NCBI GenBank assembly: GCA_003344405.1
Contig: NOWV01000104.1
Coordinates: forward strand, 1-64,000
Origin: Trichoplax sp. H2
Taxonomy: Eukaryota
DNA length: 64,000 nucleotides
Reading direction: 5' to 3'
In this document: positions 1 through 15,014 of the stretch, piece by piece
How positions within the stretch are numbered: the stretch's first letter is position 1
Layout: every line of letters starts with the position of its first letter
Notes under the pieces: model-generated
What the model was told of the DNA's origin: nothing
Seen by the model: the letters and a program-made list of their open reading frames with translations, nothing else
Databases searched by the model: none
Program-made: the position numbers and the translations under genes

Positions 1-197
1 TTGATAAAGATTATACGATTTTTGATCAATTTGGAATTTCGTGATTGGTATATATCACAACAACTAATCGGTAACTAATCAGTAATACAGCACTTACAAC
101 AATTGCACATCTTTAATATAAACGAACGCTATTATAATAAGTTCGCAATATTAAGAATCAAGAGAAATACATTCCGACTTGACACTTAATATTTTAC

Positions 198-3100
198 CTT
201 CCTCACAATCCATTCCAATATATCCTGAGAAGCAGCTGCAATTGTAGATGTAATTTGTCACATACTTGCAGATTCCTTGATTGTTACAGGGGTTACTTGT
301 ACGACATGGATTGGTATCTATAAATTTAGCGCAGATTAAATGAGCGAGATTTTTATTAAATAATCCACAGTAAGATTTGTTGTAAGCTTTACATAACATT
401 ATCCCATTTCATAGATAAATTATGTCGCTATCATCGATTATAACCGAGCTCGCAATTTCGGCCTGTCCATTCTGAAGGACATACGCAGGTGTAATTATTA
501 AGGCTATTAAGGCAAGTAGCGTTAACGTGTTTACAAGGAGTAGATGCACAATTTTTGATATCTTAAGGTGAAAAACAAATAGCAGTAGGATGTTAGTTTG
601 ATAAAGATTATACGATTTTTGATCCATGAATGAAGTACTGACTTACTTTGAGAGCAATTTTGCCCTGTATAGCCTGACACACATATGCAAGAATAGTCAT
701 AAGCTGCGTTATCTTGGCATGTACCACCATTTTGGCAAGGTGAGCTTGAACGACATAGATAAGTATCTTATTGTCAAAACAGACACTTTTATTAGTTATG
801 ATAGAAAATGCATTAAGTGAATATTATATATTCGGCTGTCTTCTTCTTGAATGCAAGAAAGCACTAACCATTAGAGCAATTTTTTCCTACGTAGCCAGGT
901 AGGCAACTGCAGTTGTAGTTGTAATCTCCAGTGTAACGGCAAACACTATGATTTTCGCAAGGATTACTTCTACGGCAAATATTGGTATCTAAATAGTACA
1001 ATGCGCCCATGCATTAGGCGTTTGAATATAGCAGGATCAATAGTATTAATCGTGACATATGCTAATTAATACTTTATTACGTGACAAAGGTTTCTAAACG
1101 TTACAATATAAACTAATTCCAAAATCTCGGATACCAACGAACCGGAAATGAATAATATATTTTGTGAAAAACGATAAATCGATATCATTTCAAGCACGAT
1201 TACAAATTATAATGAAAAATTTTCTGCGGATATGATGTAGCCAAGATTTTGCTATTAAATTTATTTACCATTTTGACAATATTTTCCGCCCCACCCCTCG
1301 GTACATTGACAAGAATAACCATTAACACCATCGTTACATGTTCCTTCATTAAGGCAGGGGTTGGATATACATTCATCAATATCTGGAAAAATTTAAACAA
1401 TTAGTGAAGTGATGCCGTAGCTTGTTCTAATATGTAATCGCTAAATAATTTATCAGGTGAAAGTAATTGAAATCATCCTAACTATGTTCACAATGGCTGC
1501 CATTCCATCCATCCTCACACCAGCAAGAGTAAGTGTTGTTAGCGTCAATACAGATAGCATCATTCAGGCAATTGTTTATAGCACACTCGTTAACATCTAA
1601 ATCATTAAGTTGAACTAAGCTTAGCACGGATTTTTGAACCCAAATTTTATCTTTTTATTTAATAACTATAACGCGAACTAAAGTTATGATATCAAAATTA
1701 GTTGTACTTATACTCACTATATTCACAGCGACTGCCGTTCCATCCATGGGCACATTCACAAGTGTAGCTGTTAATACCATGCGAGCAGTTTGCTCCATGT
1801 AAGCATGGATTAGAAGCACACTCATTAATATCTAAATATTAAAGTTTAAACAATATTAAAATATATCTTCATACTGAGAGCGGAGTAGTATCAGCGCCTT
1901 AATTGACTGCAGCTTAGAATTGTAAAACAGTGATTTACCTAGCTCACACATATTCCCATTCCATCCAAACTGACATTGACAGGTAAAGTTACTGATGCCA
2001 TTAATGCAGGTAGCCCCATTTAAGCATGGATTAGAGGTGCATTCATTAATTTCTACAAAATAATCGATATCTATGATTCATTATCTACTATAGCAAGGAA
2101 AGTGAATTAATTTTCTATGAAAGACTACAGTAAGAATGAGATTTGTCTAACGAACTCCATCAATTATTTTTTCCTTCCGTTACAATTTTAAAAGTGAAAA
2201 GTCATCAGCAACGAAATGCACATTTTAATTCGTCAAAAACAATTTATGACAAAATAATATTATTTAGAGCAGAAGTTCTCTTATTTTAATTTGAAAATTA
2301 GCTGCATTTATCGATGTTTCTTTTGCATGATGTATTAAAGCAAAGATCCGACCTTGTTCGCACAGACTACCATTCCATCCATTTACACAATGACATTTAT
2401 AGCCATTTATCAAATCAACACATGTTGCCTCATTCCAACACGGATTAGAAGAGCATTCATTAATATCTAAGCGAAAACATGGAGGTGCATTGAAATTATA
2501 ATTATTACAAAAGCTAAAATATGTCACTAATTCAAAAATATAGGCAGTTTCTTACAGAATTAATTAATAAATATAATATATATAATTTAATTTCATTTAT
2601 AAAGTTTGAACAGTCTCCCTAACTTTGTTCACAATGATCACCAGTCCATCCAGCTGCGCAGTGGCATGTATAGCTATTATTGCCATCAATACATGACGCT
2701 TCATGGAGGCATGGATTAGAGGAGCATTCATCGGTATCTAAATAATGCATTTCAATTATTCTTTAATATTATCAATTGCTACTTGCTATTAAAATGAATT
2801 TCTATGGCTAAAACTATACGTATTCAAATTGAAAGTAGCTTTATTTAAAGATGGATTGGGATAGAAATTTAATATGTGAAATAAATGAGCGAAATGCATC
2901 AAGGAAAAATCATTTTTTATCAATAAAATTAGATATATCATACTTCGTTCACACCGTGCCCCTTCCCAGCCGGCTAAGCAATGACAGGTATAGTTGTTAA
3001 TCAAGTCAGTACAGTTAGCTTCATTTAAACATGGATTAGAGACGCAGTCATCAATATCTATAGTAAAATATGCAATTGAGAACTTAGAAATAATTGCGGC

Positions 3101-6100
3101 TGCCATATTACCAAAATTTATATATGTCTAACTTCGATCACATTGATCCCCTGTCCAGCCAGTTAAGCATTGACATGTATAATTATTGATGCCATTAGTA
3201 CAGTTAACTCCATTTAAGCATGGATTAGAAGAGCATTCATCAACATCTGCGCCAAATTAGCAAGAAAATTACCGAACTGTATTAAGTATTATTGAGGAAC
3301 TTTTAATTATGTTACTAACTATGTTGGCATTGCTTTCCAGTCCAGTCAACTAGACAATGACAAGTATATTTATTAATGCCATCGGTGCAGTTAGCTTCAT
3401 TTAAGCATGGATTCGAAGAGCATTCATCAATATCTACGTCATTTAAGTAAATAAATTACTTATCAATATTTTATATTACTAAAATTAATTATCTATCTAA
3501 CTTTGTTCGCATCGATTTCCAGTCCAGCCAGTCAGGCAGTGACAAGTATAGTTATTAACACCGTTAATGCAGCTGGCTCCGTTTAAACATGAACTGGAAA
3601 AGCAGTGGCTAATTTCTAAGTCAAATAAGAAATAAGTTATAGGGCAATATTGTACTTTACTAAGATTACTTATAATGTATCTAACTTTGTCCACATTGAT
3701 ATCCAGTCCAGCCGGTTTGACAGTGACAGGTGTAACTATTAATACCATTAGTGCAATTGAGTGCATTTAAACATGGATTAGAAGAGCATTCGTTAAAATC
3801 TAGACGAAACATACAAAGTCGTAAAAGATTACCGTAACTGTTTCAGAAAAGTCAATAGTTAAATAAATGCTGTGAAGTACAGTACATGTTGAAAGTTATA
3901 AAAAATATATACTACCTTGGCCACAACGGCTGCCTGTCCATCCTTTTGAACAGAGACATGTATAACTGTTGACTCCATCAACGCACGTTGCTGAGTTTAA
4001 GCATGGATTGGAAGCACACTCATTGTCACCTGAATTATACAAGTATTATAAATTGAATCATCGATTTCGATATCTAAAAGTAGTTCTAGAGTCAGATAAA
4101 AGTTATACGAACTAAATTAAATTGTTCTATTTATTGATTTATAACTTTAATACGATACTGATTAAGACATATGAAAGGACATCGTTATAATTGAAATCAG
4201 TCACGTGCTTTAGTTTGTTACTAGTATGCAACCCTTGTTTAATTTTAAATGTGTATAAATGACTACTCACCAGCAATACAAGATATACCATAGTACGGAC
4301 TAATGCATGTAACTGTAAATTTTACAGAGAGGGTTAGTACTGTTCTAGGTTTCGCAGCTAGTGTTTTTTGCACTGTTGTGCCAGCATCAATCGCTAGTGG
4401 CTCGTCAATTTGACCGAGAAATTCATACGTATACGGAGGAGTATCACCATCTCGATCGTAAATACCTATTTTGACCTGAAGATTTCTCTGTACAGGTATT
4501 ATTGCAAGGTATATATCCAAATAAAATAGTTGGCGCATTTAATCTCATAGATCTAAAGGCATTATTTATACCCTATCGTATCAATCTATAATTTATTTAT
4601 AAAAAATACTGGTTATCTGTTCAAAATTTTCTCAAATTTATAATCGGATATCAGTGATAGTAGCTACATACTATATATTGCGATCTTTTAAAGCTTACCG
4701 GCCAATCTCCATTAAATGGAATAGTAACAGGCAATTTAACACGCCCATCTTCAGTTAATTTATGTTTGCTTAAATTGTAACCGCTATGGACAAAGTAATT
4801 AAATACCATTGTGGTAAAAGACCAATATTGCGTTGGATTAGAAGTAGTACCCAACTGGAACCGAAATTCGTATTCGCAAGCGTTTAACTTAGTTCCATCA
4901 CAACGTTTACGATCAGTGATTTTATCCCCAGGATTGGTAAAAATTCCTAAATCCATAGTGAGATTGCCTTGTTGATTTCCGAAGCATAATTCGTCTTTTA
5001 ACTAAAAATTAATGTTAAAGACACGAAAGAAAATTAATTAATCATGTTGTTATCTCGTTTGGAGCACTGATGTATATTAAACAGTTATTAATTCAATTAT
5101 GGCTATCTAGCGAAACCCGCTTAAATTTCACGAACAGCACTTTAAGTTAACCTGTAAACACCCTAAAGGTTCACGAGCTTCTACAGAATACCCTTATAAT
5201 TAAATTGAACCCTACCTTATATACAGAATAAAACGATTAAAAATACATGAAAAGATATATGTGAAACACCTTTAATTTTACGAAAAAGTATATGGGATAA
5301 GATTGCAAATAAATAAAAATGAAAGTATAGATGGAAGATTTGATAAATACGTTAAGCACTTTTGATATAGTATCTCAAAAGATACAGACTGTATTCAATA
5401 AAAAATAAGATGCAAATTTCAATTATTTTCTTGAAATACTTATGAGGCCATTGCTCTTTACTGCGTGTAGCTTTTCAGCTAATTATGGTAGTAATTTAAG
5501 TACGGTAGCATTAAGAAGTGGAATAGTCTACTATGCTTATAAGGTAATTTCATGAAACGGTGTACTTATACTGTTTGTACTATGTGTGCATAATGCTGCA
5601 GTAGTCGGCTATATAAGGTAGTGTTTTTGTGTAATGCCTTAATACGCGTATAACTATTAGATAATATGGAAATGTTCTCGTGGGGGCTAAGTCGATTATC
5701 CGGATTATCTTAGCCACTGTCGACTGTTATTATGAGGGAAGAAAAGTGAATTCATCTCCTGTCAAGTGTTCTATTGATAACGATACTTTCAAGGTTAAAC
5801 ACGGTATTTACCCGATCTTATGTCATGCTAGAGATTGTTCGATTTTAATAACTCAGATTTTGAGTTACATGATTGCGAACCTAAGGGGTTGCAAAACCCA
5901 AGCACTAATTAATTTGGCGCTGCGAGTAAACTACGCGTACATTGAAAGTATTGAACTTACAGTTAGGTATATAAAGAGCTACGTTCTTCTATTAATTATT
6001 TATAATTACAGAGAGCTTATACCTATTGATAAACTTTGACGATATGATGCGAGTATAAAGTATGACGTAATCTGCAGCTATAATTACGAATAGATATTGT

Positions 6101-8641
6101 ATCTGTATTACATAACGGCATCAGTTACCACAAGTCTTGATTTTATCTTAGTATTACGTTGAATAATTGCGCAAGATTACTAGTAATTACTTGGTTATTA
6201 ATTTCATATCTCTCTTTGATGTTCTGCCAAACTATTTTCGAACTATTATTATGTTTATACTTAACTACGTTGAATGTGCTTGCTTTACAATAAGGTAAAT
6301 AAAGTGTATCATTCTTCTTCCATAAATAATTAAGAAGAGCTTATACCTATAGATACACTTTGACTATATGTTACGTCTGCACATTATGATGTAATCTACA
6401 ATTACGAATACACAGATTCCTTATTTTATTAGGCTATCAGCTAAACTTGAATTTTATCTCTATAATACATTAACTAATCGTTTGCTTCAAAGAGCTATCC
6501 GAACTGGAAACATAAGCAACAGTTGATATTCAAGCATTCTTATAAGGTTAGACGTGTTGTGGAGTATGAACGAAACAAGATGCTCGGAATTTAGATGATC
6601 CACGTTAGTTCAAGCGAGGCTCATTCTATAAGACTTTTGTGAGTAACTGTAATAATTCGTACTCTCAGGATAAATTATAAGAACGAAATTGAATGATTTG
6701 ATCCAAAGAAAATCATATAGCGGAATAATCTGATAAAAGCTTATGTTCGACAATTACGGATAGTTCATGCAATGAATAGATTAAAGCTTTACTGCATTAA
6801 TTCATTAGGTGCGGTAAACTCCTATCTAAAATACAGCATATAGTATTCCACAGAAAATCTACTGACCACTTCTTTTACAAAATAGCACGGTCAACAGACA
6901 AGAGCATTCCTACGTTTTACTTATTATTAGTAGATCATTTATTACAAATTAAGCTATCACCCGGAAGCTCGTTTACTACTTCGCTGATAGGTCCCTACAG
7001 CGGCTGAATAAGAGCTTTGTTCAGTAATTTATTTTAAAAATTAATTGATTTATTATAAAAAAAGGCGTTGCTAAGCATGACACAATCTATGCAAATATTG
7101 CTAGTGCAAGTTCCAAAGAAGATAGCTCTGATGCGCATATGTAAAATGTTGATCAATTATAGTTTTTACAAATCCACGCATTAATTTGTACCAGTGCTCT
7201 TCATGATTGTAAACAGTATCCTTTTAATAGACTACAACCTTTAGTTAGTAAGTTGAGTGATATTTGAATAATTCTAGTAAATCAAGTGAAACTGAAAAAA
7301 CCTAGCATGTGTATATTATGCAGTCCAGTAGTATATATTTTACATATGAAACTGTATCAATTTACTGCAAGAAGTTTATGTATCCATATTTCATAGCGGG
7401 GAAAAAACACCGATTTAACATCAAATCTAATTAATTAAACTAATAAATCTTAGTTTGCGCTATGTATGCAATTAAAGAGCCACTACGCTACTATGAAGTT
7501 ATGGAGAAGCTCTATTATGTAACAAGATTGATAAATCTTTTACTGCTTCTATACAGCTGTAGATGGGTTTTAATATATTACTTTGCTATGTACTGATAGC
7601 CTTATTTCCGTGCATTTAAAGTAAAATCGATATACTCAATTCATGATAATTTACCCCTTTTAGATATAACAGTCAAGTACTGATAGACTAAAATTTTATC
7701 TAACATTCAAACTAAAATGTTATCTATGGCAAACATACATGACGCTAGAATAGCATTGCCCTTGTAATAGAAATTTTACTATTTGGTTTGCTAAAACAGC
7801 AAAATTAATAAACAAGTATAGCGTTACTGATTATCTATGCAGTAGTTATTTAGGGTAAAGCGGCGCAAGTAAGAAAATAGATGCGAAAAAATTTATAATC
7901 TGAGTGGTAATGTGCTAAATCAAGTTTCAGCTGCATTCTAAAATACGCTATAATGACTAAAAATTTAGAATTCGAAGTGATTCCGCTTTTGCATATTAAA
8001 TCACTTAAATCTCTCTAAAATATGCCTGACAAATTATATATCTTTCTTTTATTCAGGAAATAAAATTTTGTTATGAAGGAAATTTGCCAATGAAATTCAG
8101 AATGTTCAAAATCTGACTAAATCGTAAACTCTAATTGATCCATTGCTATAAAGTATTGCAATAGAAGTTTTGTCTGTTAAAAGCCAAAACTTAAAGCAAT
8201 TAATCAGTGAATAAAAGGTTACATAGCCAAAGACCTGAAAGCCATTTTCGGGAGTAAGTAAGAAAATTGGTGATAAAATGCGATTACATTAAAAATAAAT
8301 TACTGATTGAGTTCAAAGTAAAACTTAGCTTTTGAGATAAGACATTCAATCACGTAAACGTTTTACTTTTCGTGCATTCTAATGATTGCTAGTAAATACA
8401 GAATGCACGAATTTATTCCTTAACCCTAACGTAATTTACTCTTATTATCTAAATAAGTATCTACAGATCTTGCATAAAGTTAATGGAATTAAGCGTGATA
8501 TAAAATTCATTAACAGAGGATAAAAACGTAAAATTGATTTGAAAGCCAAATTAGATTTCCGGACAAAACAAAATTTTTACTCACCAATATGATAATAAAT
8601 GATAGATGGATGTAAAATATGGTAGACTTTATTCCATCCAT
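198..8641 (-). CDS. Gene A (3' end runs off the window): Delta/Notch-ligand-like protein; signal peptide + MNNL/C2 + DSL stub + at least 15 single-exon EGF repeats
   Basis: Putative signal exon 8641-8585 ([19 protein letters not shown]|gtgag, phase 0). MNNL exons 5001-4699 ([13 protein letters not shown]...[10 protein letters not shown]...[11 protein letters not shown]) and 4487-4271 (...[14 protein letters not shown]). Then 15 phase-1 EGF exons of ~114-120 nt between ~4029 and 198 (e.g. [38 protein letters not shown]). Confidence 0.85.
6010..6480. repeat. Degenerate ~150-170 bp direct repeat (period ~325 bp) in intron 1 of gene A
   Basis: AGAGCTTATACCTAT.GATA.ACTTTGAC.ATATG...TATGA.GTAATCT...AATTACGAATA...CTTGA.TTTTATCT at ~6012 and ~6336. 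Confidence 0.7.
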
Positions 8642-11600
8642 GTTTTTAGCCATATCAATATGTTGATTCCTGATTAAAGGTGCTGCTAAAGTAGGTAAAC
8701 AAGTGGTTAATTCAAGGTTGCATACTATTTGTTGCTCCGAATAGTTTCTATATAGAGTGTGTGCAGTACATTGGAACCAATTTATATATATTATTTATGG
8801 CGAAGAAGCCCTCCCACTTCCTTGCGAATTGTTTTGTCTGCGAAAAATACCATTCATTACAACTAAATGTTGACTCTAAAGAAAGTATTAAAAGAATAAG
8901 GCCCCAAAAATTATAGACTATAGATCAATTTAGGATGCTTCCGTATAATAATTGATCCCTCTATATGAAAATAAGGTAAATTATAAATTTTACAGGGCAC
9001 CGCCGGCACTAAAAACGATGCTTCAATCCAGTTATGAGGAATAGCATGATGGGATATAGGAAATACAGAGTTTTACGCGATTTCATGGTAAAAGATAACA
9101 GCTATTCAATTTGGAGAATTATTCAAAGTCTTATAGTTCATATTGTCATGACGTTGTTGATTTATTATATATTGCTCAGTTGGAACGTCTCCAGGAGTTT
9201 TCTACCCAGGAAGTGACAATAGCATATGCCTCCAAGATAGTTTTCGAAACAATCTCAATCGCCGGTACAATGGAAAATACATTGAATTCAATTAGAGGGT
9301 TGACAAAATTGTTTAGTAAATCCGGAGATTTAATTTACATCGCTTAGTAATTTTAGTTCATCATACTTTATCTACAGGGTTGAATAAAAATGAATCAGCT
9401 ACGGTATGCTCTATATAGCCAATGAATAAATGCACAAACAGTAGATATTCTAGCAAAAAAATACAAACATAACTACTATACTTAGGAAAGATAGATGCAC
9501 CCATTTTAGTTCCCTTGGAAAATATATCAATGGCAGAATTCCATTCTTATGCCAAATCGAGTGAGCTAATGCAGGTCATTCAATAGTTTTTGCTTATGAA
9601 ATTGAATGAACAAGGCATGGATTGTCCTTATCCCTAAAATTATATACCGCGATTAGTAGAAAATTCTTAATGGCAACCTGTAATAATCTCAATTTATTCC
9701 GAATTACTGGTGTATCATACTTAAGGAGAACTACAAGAAGCAGGTTTATTTCAGATCTTTTCTCAAAAACTTTACAAAATTTCACTACCAAAAGTAATAG
9801 TCATATTAAAACTGATTATACATGTTCCATTCTTCGTACGTATGTTTATGCTTGTTCAGTAAAATAAGAAAATAATGGATTGCAGAACAATAATGAATAC
9901 TTTTTCGCTACTGTTTTATACTCTAATTTAAATACTTTCGATCCAAGCGTAAAAACGAGTCGTAAGTTCCTATTGTCCTATATTAACCTCAGGGCTTTGA
10001 GTCAATCGTAGATTGTCGCTTTGAACATTGTAGATATTTTTTTACGGTTTTATCAGTTACATACACCGAAACTGTAGCCTAAATTAAGTCATTTAAGATA
10101 GTACACAGTATATGTGTACATGGGACTGATTACTATTAAGGTTACATTACAGTTTAGGAAAGTTGCGGTATCATCGAAAAAATTATCTTAGGAATTGCCT
10201 AATCAACGAAATTTCCGAATAGCGCTCAAAACAGTTAATTGTAAGCAGTACTACTATAAATTTCAAACGTCGTGTTCCGTAATGTAAAATGATTTAAACT
10301 ATCGAACTACCAAGTCAAAAAGCGCCACAATAACACTCTAACTTTCGATATATTATTTAAGCAAGTATTTAATCAGAAGGTAAGCATGTGCTGGAATGCA
10401 CCGATATAATGTTATCTGCACATTTACGTAAACAGTTAATGATCGGCATAATGGAATTTGTTGTGCCATGCATTGAGTTTTGGACTTCCTACGATCTACG
10501 GCTACGTATATAATCATCATTTGCAGCAATAAGGATTTTCAATGCATGTCTGATAGTCATCTATTTATTTACAATAATTTCTTGATATCAAAATGAAGCT
10601 ATAAATTTCATATACACGTCTGATAATTAAACCTAGATATCTGCTATAATATCGACAAAAGTTAACCTTATCTGGCATAAATATGGCGAAAATTATTGTA
10701 AGCCATGTGTTGTTACTTTTACCTAGAATTAGCAAAAGATGGTTTCAATTTGACTTTATATCTGTAAGTCCTATTCAATAAAAGGGTAAAAGTGCAAATA
10801 TCGGCAATCTGCAGGGTTTCACAATGGAAAGATAGCATTATGTTTGAACATTGCTAATTAATCAGGCATGATAGAATGCTTTACAATGATTTAATTGAAA
10901 TATGTCTCGGGAAGGTTGCCTATATTACAAAGTTACGACTACGTGATTTCTGTTATGGCAGGATGCATATTTTAATCTTCGCTATCCGAAATACTTTGAG
11001 AAATTTTGTGCGATATCACCGCTGTAAAAATAAAGATAGTAGTTAAGATAGAAAAATTTACTTTAATATTATGTATTCTATCGTTGTGACATTAACTATA
11101 CCTGCATTATAAAAATTGATTATAATATTGTATATATATCAGTAACGAAAATTACTAGCAGCTTTCTAGCTAATAGTATCATCTTACAATATTATCAAAT
11201 ACCAAATCACTGCACTAACAAGACAATAACAATGTATTCGTATCACAGCCAGACTAGCGATCAAAATTTTTTCTCGAAATTGATACAGAAATCGAAATAA
11301 CAGCTTGACGAACACTTAACTACTGGTATTTGATAGTCAAATTTAGATTTAAGGACTAATCAATAGTTACGTTAGCGCTTATATAGTCATAGATACTGTA
11401 GAGTATGGCATTGATAATTTCCATACTTTTTTAATCGGATTTCACATTCTAATTTACGAGTAGAATTTTGATCTAACGATCATACGTAATATCGGAATTG
11501 GTATTGCTATTATTAATTGATTGTAAATGGACAATTTCCTGCATTTCAGCTAAACTAGATAGATCTTGAACGTAGTTTTCAACAGTATTTTCAGAATCCA

Positions 11601-14104
11601 TTCCCTGTCAACAAATCAGTTTTAGGATATAACAATTATTATTAGCTGCTGATAAGGAAATGAAACTGCACGTCGTGAACAGGTACAAGATGTAAATCAA
11701 ATGAATCAGCTATTAGGCATTTACCTGGGCAGCATTTTGAAAGATCAAACGTTGATAATTTTTTCTAGTTTCTGGCACTATAAATGGAGTAATCAGTAAA
11801 CACTTTTAGTAGCTATTAATTAATTTTATTACCAAATGCATTTATAATGCAACGTACAGTATGTATAGGTTTCATTTCTCTGATTATGGTTGTTTTCTTG
11901 TTTATGCTGCTGTTCATTGACAAGGTTAGGACGCTCACTTGTGCTTGTTACTAGGTTATGGGAATTATTTTTAAAATCTAACCCTTGGTATATAGAATCT
12001 AAATGCATGTGAAATTAATTAGGCAGTATTGAGATTGCTATAATCTTCATAAGAGGGCGCAGCATACTTTTATAATTATATAAATTATTTCATATATATC
12101 TCAGTTACTTTACAGCAATAGTCATTTATTAATTAGTGGACAGATTCCTCTTTAATTTTGTTAACTTACCTTGCTGTGATAGGCTTACAAATACTTCAGA
12201 GTCATGACGATCAATACCTTGATTATGAAATCCACCCTGAATAGAGTTGCCAGCACTGTTTTGAGGAGCTGTTGTTCCATGGACAGGGGGCTCCTCAGTC
12301 TGGTATAGAAGATTCGCTGATTCTTGCGTATCATTACAATTTACTGCATTTGCCGATTCCTCATGGTTTTCTTGACTTGTCGTATACTGTGAACAAGATT
12401 ATTATACAAGAATGGAAATATTAAAATATATGATAGCTCGGGTTAAAATTATAAACAAACTCTAGCTTACATTCCCATGATCTTCCTCTGAGTTAACTAA
12501 ATATAGATTAGAGATTGTTAAATATACTGCTTAAATAACCATTTTACTTTGGGATAGCGAAGCCAGATATAATTCATCATAAACACATTTTATAGATATA
12601 TTAACTGCAAGAATCGATGATTTACCGATGATATTCATCTCTGTTTCTGAAAGGACCTTTAGAGGGTTTCGAGAGAAGCATCTTAAGAAATGTATATAAA
12701 GAAGCGTTTATTTTAGTTCGATAAACAAACGAGACCAAGATTGTAACTGTTACATTCTTGATGAATCATTCTTATAGACTTACAGTTTCTTTCTTCTCTT
12801 GTAGATTAATACAGCAGCCAATACCAAAATTATAAATGTAGCTAATACAGCAGCTCCTACAATCGCTAAAACCTGCTCCTGATGATTTATGCATTCTGAT
12901 TCTAAATAATGTATTATTATCAGTTTTTTTGATAATGATTAATTCAAGTTCTTAATATATAAATTATAATGAATCGGAAAATAAGATTGTTTCTATGTCT
13001 CTTAATATTTTGTATCTTAATGCTATAAAGTATTAATTCGTCTTGTATAGCAATCATTTTAAAGATTGCCATCTAATCTTATTTACATCAAGTTATTGGT
13101 AATAGAACTTACCTATTGCATGATTTATAGTCTTATTATATAGTATAAATACACCAGGATTCGTTGTAACATTTAATACCACCGAAAACATATAAACTAC
13201 TCTTCTTTTAAGATCCGTTATATTTATTCTATTCATATTAGACTTTGGCAATGATTTAAGGGGCATCATTTGTTTTGGTAATATGCTGTATTCTACGTGA
13301 AAAACACTGACATTATTCTTGTATAAATCATTGATCCACCAGCGCACCTGAACCGCGGAACAATTTAAATCAATAACCGCTAGATTTGTCAGTAGCGTTA
13401 GTAGATTATTGTTCCCTACAGATGATAAAAGGCATTTCCAGTTAGGGTGTTGAACCAATCTCGAACCGTATATGAAGTTAATATAGAAGTCAAACGCGCA
13501 TAAGGAATATTACACTTTACCATTTTTATCATGTTTAATGTTATGTGATATATACCGATCACGAAACTCCAAATTTTAGAAAAATAAGGGCTTTATTGAA
13601 TCTTATATAAAGATTAACTACACACAGCTCTACTCTAGCCGAATACTACTACTAAAGACTTCTACAACGAATTAACAGAATAATCTAAAGTTGCATGCTT
13701 TTATACTTTACGTAACATTCGCAGCTACAATCCGCATGGCAACCTTTTACCTTATTTTACACATAGTAAAATTATTCTTAATAACACTATTCTACTGCGG
13801 ACCATCATTAATCCGATATGGATACGACTACAGTATTTACGTAGACATTATTCACACCAGCCAAAGTGCAATGAATTAACCATATCCTAATATATGATTG
13901 ACAGTTCTATTTTTACCTATAGCCTTAGTAGTAACTCAACACCTTACTATATATAGTCATCTGTACTCTAGCATAGGGTCTAAACCACTACAGTCTATAG
14001 CTATGGCTACCAAACATCTCTTAGGATAAATATAGAAGTTACGCTACCGTGCATTATACTAAACATGGCTAACAGTCTACAATCACAATACTAAGTTACA
14101 TTAC

Positions 14105-14562
14105 ATGTTATATAGTAATTTGTTAAATTAAACAACAGTTATATTCAAAGTTTTAATTCTAACTAGTAAAAATATTCAAGTAATACTGGTTTCTCCTTAT
14201 ATTTATCATTAAAAAGAGCAGTAAATTAATGGAACTCCTAATTTCAGAGTACTTCATTGCAGTAAAACTGTTTTTCGAGCAGTAAGTTTTCTCTTTAATT
14301 CATTCAATGCATGAAAATAGTAATCCTACGACAAATTTGACGGCTACTTAATATTATAAATGAGTATTTTAGTACCGCTGTTATGCATAGTGAGCTTTAA
14401 GGCCAGGTTCAATTAAAATGATTCATCATGTCTGATTCTAGTCATATATCAACTTAGTAACCTTCTGATACAACAAATTAAGCAGTATACAGTAAAGTAT
14501 AAAATCTAAATATCTAGCTTGCGCAGTGCTAATTCATAATTAAGAAAAATGTTGCAGCTACA
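14105..14562. repeat. 458-bp direct duplicate of 15592-16049 next to a 20-N gap; probable empty-site haplotype
   Basis: Near-identical to 15592-16049 (at least 4 substitutions seen) and ends exactly at the N run 14563-14582. This copy has no LTR upstream. Confidence 0.85.
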
Positions 14563-14707
14563 NNNNNNNNNNNNNNNNNNNNTTATTAACTTCTAGCTAC
14601 ACTAAGGCCTTCTCCTTTACACTAGTCTCAGGAGAACTTAAATACCCTTTCTTATTTACAGTCACTATACTTGTCGCCAATAATATTAGTTACTCCAGTT
14701 AGCAAGT

Positions 14708-14854
14708 CTAATTATCACACACAACAATGACTATACCATATCTTCTAGCCAAATCTTTTACCTGCTCTTCAGGCAAAGTCAGGAGTTGCTCCGTTCTTTG
14801 GCTTTCACCTTCGTCTGTTAACATATTCACTTGTGCCATCGAGTGAGTCATCAT
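14708..14854 (-). pseudogene. Truncated gag-like N-terminus
   Basis: MMTHSMAQVNMLTDEGESQRTEQLLTLPEEQVKDLARRYGIV starts ~160 nt after the PBS and is cut at the deletion junction 14728/14727. Position fits gag; identity is not verified. Confidence 0.5.
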
Positions 14855-15014
14855 CACTTTTTCACGTTTCGGTAGTTCTATGTAGCCTTGGATAATCCTT
14901 CGATCTCTTCAGATTGATTGAATTAGGTTCTCTTACCTTTTGCTTGAGATCTGATTATAATGTAGTAGTGGGCCAAGTAGTTCCAATTTTAGGGCAAAGT
15001 AGTTTCTTTTTCAA

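Noticed and set aside
5211-5280. Alternative signal-peptide exon for gene A (donor at ~5215)
   Set aside because: Frames contain stops or lack an ATG; the exon at 8641-8585 fits better.
5680-6039. 119-aa plus-strand ORF
   Set aside because: GTG start, intronic antisense position, no motif; likely chance.
9034-9867. Short plus-strand ORFs, possibly a decayed gene
   Set aside because: No recognisable domain or consistent splice pattern.
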